Source of the DNA: Amoebidium appalachense
Taxonomy: Eukaryota > Protista > Ichthyosporea
DNA: 34,862 nt
Direction of reading: 5' to 3'
Assembly (NCBI GenBank): GCA_963693365.1
Contig: CAVNZM010000042.1
Span: forward strand, 1 to 34,862
In this document: piece by piece, positions 29,368 to 34,862 of the stretch
Position numbering within the stretch: the stretch's first letter is position 1
Layout: each line of letters starts with the position of its first letter
Program-made: the position numbers and the translations under genes
Notes under the pieces: generated by a model
What the model saw: the letters and a program-made list of their open reading frames with translations, nothing else
Database searches by the model: none
What the model was told of the DNA's origin: nothing

Positions 29368-30090
29368 ATGAAGACCAGTAAAAAGCCAAAAACAAAGCAT
29401 TCGTTCCCCGTGGCCACCGCCCGGACGCGCTCCAAATCCAACCGCTCATCCTCCAAGCACCGCCACTCGCACGCCCGTGCTCGCTGCCCGCACGCGCGCT
29501 ACAACTTCTGGCCCCGCCGGGCCCTGCACTGGCTCGCCACGCCCTGGGCCACGCTGGGCATGGCCGAATCCACCCCGCGCCACGGCAACACCGCACCCGG
29601 CCGCCTGCTGAGCGCGCTCCCCGGCACGTGGGTGTGGGTCAAGACCAACGAGAGTCTCCGTGTCTCCGACCCGGTCGCCTACAGGGCCGCCGGCGGGCAG
29701 GTGCTGCTCGCACGCACGTTCGACCCGCACGCAGAGGTGCCCGGTGCGGACCTGCACGTGGGGGGCGTCGGGTACACCACACGGGCGTCGCTCGATGCGG
29801 CCCGAGGGGTGAGCCCCGGGATGGCCAACGGCTCGGGGTCGGTGTTTGCGAAGAGGCGCATCTCCGCAGCCACCAAGGTGGGCGACGGCGTGGCCGGCGT
29901 GGCGCTGCGACAGGGGCTGGCCGAGCCGGAGGTGCTGTCTGCGGTCAGGGAGCAGGCGCTCGCCCACAGGGACGGGCTGCTCGTTTATTGGGAGAGCAGC
30001 GGGGGCTACAGCATCTACGAGCTGGGGGCGAGCCGGTTGAGCAGAGGCGGGGCGACCAAGAACGAGCTCTGGGAGCTTGTGGTGCGGTGA
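29368..30090 (+). CDS. Hypothetical protein with basic N-terminus (240 aa)
   Basis: ATG-started, GC3-biased, tiles with neighbours, and AATAAA follows the stop. Confidence 0.6.
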   Translation: MKTSKKPKTKHSFPVATARTRSKSNRSSSKHRHSHARARCPHARYNFWPRRALHWLATPWATLGMAESTPRHGNTAPGRLLSALPGTWVWVKTNESLRVSDPVAYRAAGGQVLLARTFDPHAEVPGADLHVGGVGYTTRASLDAARGVSPGMANGSGSVFAKRRISAATKVGDGVAGVALRQGLAEPEVLSAVREQALAHRDGLLVYWESSGGYSIYELGASRLSRGGATKNELWELVVR

Positions 30091-30268
30091 ATAAAGACGG
30101 GGATAGAGCGTTCCGTCCATCGAATTTCCAAGATCGAACGATTCGGATCTTGCCCATCCCCCCCTTTTGAAGATGACCTCATGGTTCCTTCCCGCCGAGA
30201 GCATGAACCAGGAGGACCACGCCCACCAATCATTATTTCCTGACAACCAGTCAGGATTTCCTGATTGG

Positions 30269-31549
30269 CTAAGCCAGTTTCACGGTATGCCAGCGTTCCT
30301 CTGCCGCAGCTTCGTTCCACTTGCGCATGACAAGCGAGAACATGTCATAGTTGTTCACCAGTGCTTCGCAGTCGCTAATTCGCATGGTCTTGGCGTGTGT
30401 GCGTGTGAGTGTCTTGAATGTAGCTTCCATCGCGAATGCCTCTGCTCTGTCCTTGCACGGCACAGCCAGCAGCACGTTGTTCAGGATGACGCGGCGGTTC
30501 TTGTCGCGGCAGTAGCGGCGCGCCATGCTCAGGCCTGTGCACCCAAACATGATGGTTGTGTCCAGGGAATCAACGAAGTAGAAGCAGGGCCCCTTGCGCG
30601 CCGTCTCGGTCATGTGCTCGTTCAGCCCACGCACCAGGTAGTAGCGCTCGTCCAGGTTCTTGTTGAGCAGCTGCGCCTCGCGGGCCTGTTCGTGCGCCAG
30701 GCGCCTTTCCTCCAGCTTTTGCTCGTGCTGCTGCTTGCTCTTGTCCATCTCCTGGTTGTGAGTTTGCTTGGACAGCTGCATCTCTGCGTGTATGGTTGTG
30801 CGCTTGGCCTCCTCTGCACGCTCTACCTCCTCTGCTCGTTGACGGGCTGCTAGTGCTTCTGGGTTGCTCACGATTGCAATTTCCCTTTGCATGTGCAGAA
30901 TTCTTTCAAACTTCGCCAGCGCTTTCTCCACATCGTCCCCTTCCTTCTCTATCCAATACTCAAGCTCTGATGGCTTCCACTTCTTTATCGCTTGTTCCTC
31001 ACACCCTGCTGTGGCATTTCTCTTCGCACCGCGTTGCTGTTCACCCCTGAAACTCTCCCGCATGAATGCATTTGGCCCGTCGGGCTCGTTCTCCGCCTTT
31101 CTCGCGTTCTCCTTGACTTCCTCCGTGATGGTTTCATCCCCTCCTTCCACGCGTGCAATAGTTGCTGCCCACTTGTCTACAATGTTTGTTGTAACCCTCG
31201 CACCCGAGGCAATCTTGAATGTTGCTTTCACCAAGTCGGTGGCTGCAACTACCGGGGTTGTCTTTCTGCCTTTCTCCAAAGAGCAATTCACCATTTTGAT
31301 GACTTGCCTCAGATCCTTTTCAATTCTCCCAATGTAGTTGCTGGCGGTTTTGCGATCAAGGCCTCTTACCAGCATCACATAGTCCACCAAACTGGCCATG
31401 CGCACGCCGTCCACTGTGCATGTTCGTATGCTCTTTCCCGCCAACTCTATCACCCCCTTTTTCACGTGCGCCACCTCGTCTCCCGTGAAGGCTGGTTCGT
31501 TGGCCAGGGTCTCGTAGGTGGGTGGTGTGTCTGTGACTGATGCAGCCAT
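30269..31549 (-). CDS. Bro-N-like DNA-binding domain, coiled coil and T5orf172/GIY-YIG-like domain
   Basis: SIR...ASLVDYV...GRKTTPV...IARVEGGDETITEEV resembles NCLDV Bro-like N-termini. The C-terminal CFYFV...IMFGCT...RR...C.D...AME is GIY-YIG-like. Confidence 0.72.
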   Translation of the reverse strand: MAASVTDTPPTYETLANEPAFTGDEVAHVKKGVIELAGKSIRTCTVDGVRMASLVDYVMLVRGLDRKTASNYIGRIEKDLRQVIKMVNCSLEKGRKTTPVVAATDLVKATFKIASGARVTTNIVDKWAATIARVEGGDETITEEVKENARKAENEPDGPNAFMRESFRGEQQRGAKRNATAGCEEQAIKKWKPSELEYWIEKEGDDVEKALAKFERILHMQREIAIVSNPEALAARQRAEEVERAEEAKRTTIHAEMQLSKQTHNQEMDKSKQQHEQKLEERRLAHEQAREAQLLNKNLDERYYLVRGLNEHMTETARKGPCFYFVDSLDTTIMFGCTGLSMARRYCRDKNRRVILNNVLLAVPCKDRAEAFAMEATFKTLTRTHAKTMRISDCEALVNNYDMFSLVMRKWNEAAAEERWHTVKLA

Positions 31550-31869
31550 GATGTGTGTCTAGAAAATGTTGGTGCACGCCCTTTTATACCCTCCACACGC
31601 CCACCCCCCGCCCCCTTCCGCACCTGCACACGCACACGCACCCCACGCCCCCCACGCGCACGGGCGCCGGCCGTGCCTTCCTCCGCTGCTTCGCCACCGC
31701 CAGCACCTTCGGCCGCTTGCGCCGGCTGAGCACGAAGCGCAGGCGCGCCCCCGGGTCGGACTTCACCAGCGCCATGTGGGGGGGCGGGATTTTGTGGGTT
31801 AGGCAGTAGGATAACATGTATCTGTTTCAGGAACATAAGGATACCCCCCCTGTGCCAATAGAATAAACA

Positions 31870-32688
31870 TTAGAATTGCAGGATTTTCTGCTTGCTTAGT
31901 TTGTAACATCCTACACGCCCTGAATCTGGCAGGGGATGGTGATCCGAAAATGTGCAGACCTTGGCCGTGTTGATGGTTGCAACTGGACCCAATATCTTCT
32001 TAACCACCATTCCAAAGGACCTGAGACTTGGTGCTTCGCTGTCACTGTATCTATGCCAATTTTGGTAAAGCTGATAGAGCCCGGTGGGTGTGAAGTACTG
32101 GTTCTCCGGACTGCAACGCTTGCCATTCCTGTAAAATTCCAGACCTTCACAACTCTTCTTCTGTTTGACCAAGTCATGCAAAAACTGTGCCTCGTCACTC
32201 CGGCTGATTCCTTCAAGTATATCCTTGGTGTCGTTGGGGGGTGGTCGTGGCGTCGTTTCTGGTACATTCTCTTCATTCGTGAAGTGGTATATAGCGGAAT
32301 GCATCTGTGGTTGCCGTTGCATTAATGCACCATCTGGGTTTCTTTGCGTGCTGGCTGGTTTGTTGAACATGAATAACAAGACATCTTCATCCACTGTTAC
32401 TCGGATACCAAAGTGGTTCATGGTGGTAAATGCGGCCTGGTAAAGGGCAACAGATCCAAACCCAAAAAGGTGAACCCGTGGAGAGCGATTTGGGTAGAAG
32501 AGCTGATATGCCAACACCTGCCCAATAGCATCCTTCCAATGCACCACCCGTTTCACCTCAATGACTTCTGTGTCCGTTAGGACATCAATCCTCCCATTTG
32601 GGGTAGAGATTTCTATCTCTCCATTTTCAGATGCAGCCAGTTTATCACGTATGACAGACTCTGATACATCGACCGTAACAGCTGACAT
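31870..32688 (-). CDS. PD-(D/E)XK nuclease-like domain (KilA-N-associated type) fused to a helicase-type winged-helix C-terminus
   Basis: EISTPNGRIDVLTDTEVIEVK...WKDAIGQVLAY...RVHLF. The C-terminal ~105 aa align with the C-terminus of the helicase at 33797. Confidence 0.8.
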   Translation of the reverse strand: MSAVTVDVSESVIRDKLAASENGEIEISTPNGRIDVLTDTEVIEVKRVVHWKDAIGQVLAYQLFYPNRSPRVHLFGFGSVALYQAAFTTMNHFGIRVTVDEDVLLFMFNKPASTQRNPDGALMQRQPQMHSAIYHFTNEENVPETTPRPPPNDTKDILEGISRSDEAQFLHDLVKQKKSCEGLEFYRNGKRCSPENQYFTPTGLYQLYQNWHRYSDSEAPSLRSFGMVVKKILGPVATINTAKVCTFSDHHPLPDSGRVGCYKLSKQKILQF

Positions 32689-32940
32689 ATCGGAGATATA
32701 GTATGGGTGAGGAAAAAAAAAAGACTTGCCTGGCACAGCACCTTTTTGTACCGGCCGAGGCTCAGTCTGTATGCATATACGTATACATTCTGGACAGAGC
32801 GGTTTATTGGGTGGATGTGCACGGCACACAATGTGTCTTTGACAACGAAGTACAGGATCTTTGTCTTAGAAGTGAAAAATAGACGGATGCTCACTCGCAA
32901 CACACACGCGCCCCGCAGTATTCCGAATCTCATCCACCAA

Positions 32941-33459
32941 TCATGTATCGCTCTGGTTTTCCGGGTACCCCATGTGACGATGCAACAAATGCTTGTCTCG
33001 GACATGATATTTAAGAGTCGCCTCGCCCTTATACGAGGAGAAGCATATTTTGCAAACAAATGGTCTTTTTTGCAGGTTCTCGGAATGTGTCCTCTGATGC
33101 GCCTTGAGCTGCGAGTAGTCTGTGAAGGTCTGGTGGCACTCATCCAGTTGGCACTCGAACGATTGATCCCCTGAATGAACCCTCTCTCGCATATGTTGTC
33201 GTAGGCTGTATGGGTGGGAACAACGAAAACCACAGTTCTTGAAGGGGCAGGATAATGGCTTTTCACCTGTGTGAATTCTAATGTGAAAGTCAAGAGTGGA
33301 CCTCTGTGTGCAGCGCTGGTCACAGCCAGGCCAGGGGCATTTATAGGGTTTCTCTCCGGTATGTGTTATCATATGCCGTGTGAGAAGGCTAGAATATCCA
33401 AACACTTTGCCACACCCTTTCCAGGTGCAAATCAAACCATTGCCGGGCATGTGCGCCAT
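32941..33459 (-). CDS. C2H2 zinc-finger protein (5 fingers)
   Basis: Five CX2-4C...HX3-5H units with two HTGEKP linkers; intronless. Confidence 0.88.
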   Translation of the reverse strand: MAHMPGNGLICTWKGCGKVFGYSSLLTRHMITHTGEKPYKCPWPGCDQRCTQRSTLDFHIRIHTGEKPLSCPFKNCGFRCSHPYSLRQHMRERVHSGDQSFECQLDECHQTFTDYSQLKAHQRTHSENLQKRPFVCKICFSSYKGEATLKYHVRDKHLLHRHMGYPENQSDT

Positions 33460-33796
33460 ACAGGTAAAGACAACAAAAAAATGAAAATGACCGTAGCACG
33501 CCGTGTGGTAGTGTAGGAGGGTAGTAAGTTCCTACAAAGCAAAATGTAAAGTGGTATCCCACACCGGACCAGCCAATCAAAACAGCGGAATCCTCCCGAC
33601 TTTTGCCGCTCAGACAGCAAATTAAGCTACTACATCCTCCTACATTACTACAACACACAAATACACATACTACAACGGTGTGTGGTGCGCTCAGAACCAA
33701 TGAGATTTGTAGGAAGGTGCGTGCTTATCCAATCATCATCGTCCTACGTAGTAGCTTTGTTGGAGCTTTGTAGGAGCTTTCGGCAAATGTGGGAGG

Positions 33797-34861
33797 TTAA
33801 AGGTGACTCTGAATCTTGATATACGATATCAAATAACATGAAATAACACCAGATGTGGCAGGAAGCCCCTCCCATGAAAAAACCTTTCCGCCTCTTGCAT
33901 TCTTCAGGGGTCCCAAGACACGTTTAACTGCCATTCCAAACAGTCTTTGACTTGGCTTGCTTCCAGTGTGGCTAGCATTACGATCCCACCAGAGCTTATA
34001 CAAGTCGAAGAGTGGTGTTGGTTGCACGAATGCTCCATCCGGGATGACAGGCATATTGTCGCATCCATTCTCACGATTCATCAGATCTCGTAAGAACTGC
34101 AGTTCGTTGGGGGTGCCGAGTTCGGCCAGCTGTCTCCGCAGATGCGTATCCGGGGGTGAGGGCATGTACCTTTGCACTCCTTCCTCCATCATCAACTCGT
34201 CAACTATAGCTTCTAGAACGGCTGTGTCCCGGTGATGGCTAGTAAAACGGTCAAAATAAGCTCTGTCTCCTCGGTAGATAGGGGAGCATTCGAAACATGC
34301 CCATCGACGGTCAGACTCCTCCAATGACAGTGGAGCCTCTTCGTTGGACAAAACAACATAACGTTCACATGCACCAACACTGATTGCGTCACATCCTTTC
34401 TTTTCAAGTAACTGGACAGATTCCGTGATTCTCGCTTTCATTTGATGGTTTATGTCGATGTTCCCATACCAGAAAACCTCGTCGCACACTATCAATATCC
34501 TGTTTGCAAGATGAGAGTTGAAGTTTGACGCCATGTGCTTTTTGTTTGTGATGCAGACATAGTAGTCCCTCCCCAGTATATCCCCAAGGACGTTAAAAAA
34601 TATGTTCTTTCCAACACCTTGAATGGAACGGAAAGCAAGTGCTGTGCCCGGCTTTGTGTCTGGGTATTGAAACATTTGGGCGAGCCATTGCCGTGTGTAC
34701 TTGTATGAGACGGCGTCACCTGCACACAACACATCACGGAGGTGATCGAAAAACAACTGTGTCAGTGACGTGCGCAGCTGTCGTTCAGGAGAAAACACCA
34801 CCCTCAACCCACGGAACAAATTGAATGGTCTTGCGTTTGTTAGAACGTTCGATGGTTTACG
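33797..34861 (-). CDS. SF3 helicase, D5/NrS-1-like (DUF5906-type); 5' end beyond the window
   Basis: FNLFRG; WLAQMFQYP; Walker A SIQGVGKN; FNSHL...IVCDE (Walker B); MKARIT; VLSN (motif C); DRRW. The frame is open to the window edge. Confidence 0.88.
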   Translation of the reverse strand, partial: RKPSNVLTNARPFNLFRGLRVVFSPERQLRTSLTQLFFDHLRDVLCAGDAVSYKYTRQWLAQMFQYPDTKPGTALAFRSIQGVGKNIFFNVLGDILGRDYYVCITNKKHMASNFNSHLANRILIVCDEVFWYGNIDINHQMKARITESVQLLEKKGCDAISVGACERYVVLSNEEAPLSLEESDRRWACFECSPIYRGDRAYFDRFTSHHRDTAVLEAIVDELMMEEGVQRYMPSPPDTHLRRQLAELGTPNELQFLRDLMNRENGCDNMPVIPDGAFVQPTPLFDLYKLWWDRNASHTGSKPSQRLFGMAVKRVLGPLKNARGGKVFSWEGLPATSGVISCYLISYIKIQSHL

Positions 34862-34862
34862 G

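Larger units (their letters stand above)
13550..34862. mobile_element. Putative endogenous large DNA virus segment (Nucleocytoviricota-like); continues past the window
   Basis: About 21 kb of tightly packed intronless ORFs on both strands. Includes NCLDV-type primase, SF3 helicase, Bro-N, KilA-associated nuclease, F-box, RING and PAN genes, contiguous with eukaryotic retrotransposons and microsatellites. Confidence 0.78.

Noticed and set aside
29007-29456. Acidic minus-strand ORF as the real gene
   Set aside because: It overlaps two plus-strand ORFs that tile cleanly, one of which has the upstream T-tract; not fully excluded.
31584-31817. Small basic ORF (MALVKSDPG...)
   Set aside because: Short, with a low-complexity GT-rich tail, several competing frames and no motif; insufficient support.

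Overview
Eukaryotic DNA in three blocks. (1) 1-10500 is a retrotransposon cluster. It holds a minus-strand Ty1/copia element (5' LTR, half-tRNAiMet PBS, gag, pol cut inside RT by what looks like another LTR) and a complete tandem TRIM with three LTRs, two internal regions and a 5-bp TSD (ATGAC). It also holds a 5'-truncated Ngaro-type tyrosine-recombinase retrotransposon, whose ATG-less RT and YR frames are each preceded by a same-phase GCTAAC...CAG splice acceptor. (2) About 10500-13550 is low-complexity, probably error-rich sequence. (3) About 13550 to the window end is a dense, intronless, two-stranded gene array that looks like an endogenous large DNA virus (Nucleocytoviricota-like). It encodes an AEP primase, an SF3 helicase, a Bro-N/GIY-YIG protein, a PD-(D/E)XK nuclease sharing the helicase's C-terminal domain, two F-box proteins, an NTase-RING fusion, a PAN-domain protein, a C2H2 zinc-finger protein, small membrane proteins and an unannotated 24-aa protamine-like ORF. 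No capsid or DNA polymerase gene was recognised, so the viral lineage cannot be fixed. All family calls come from motif recognition by eye, not from database searches.
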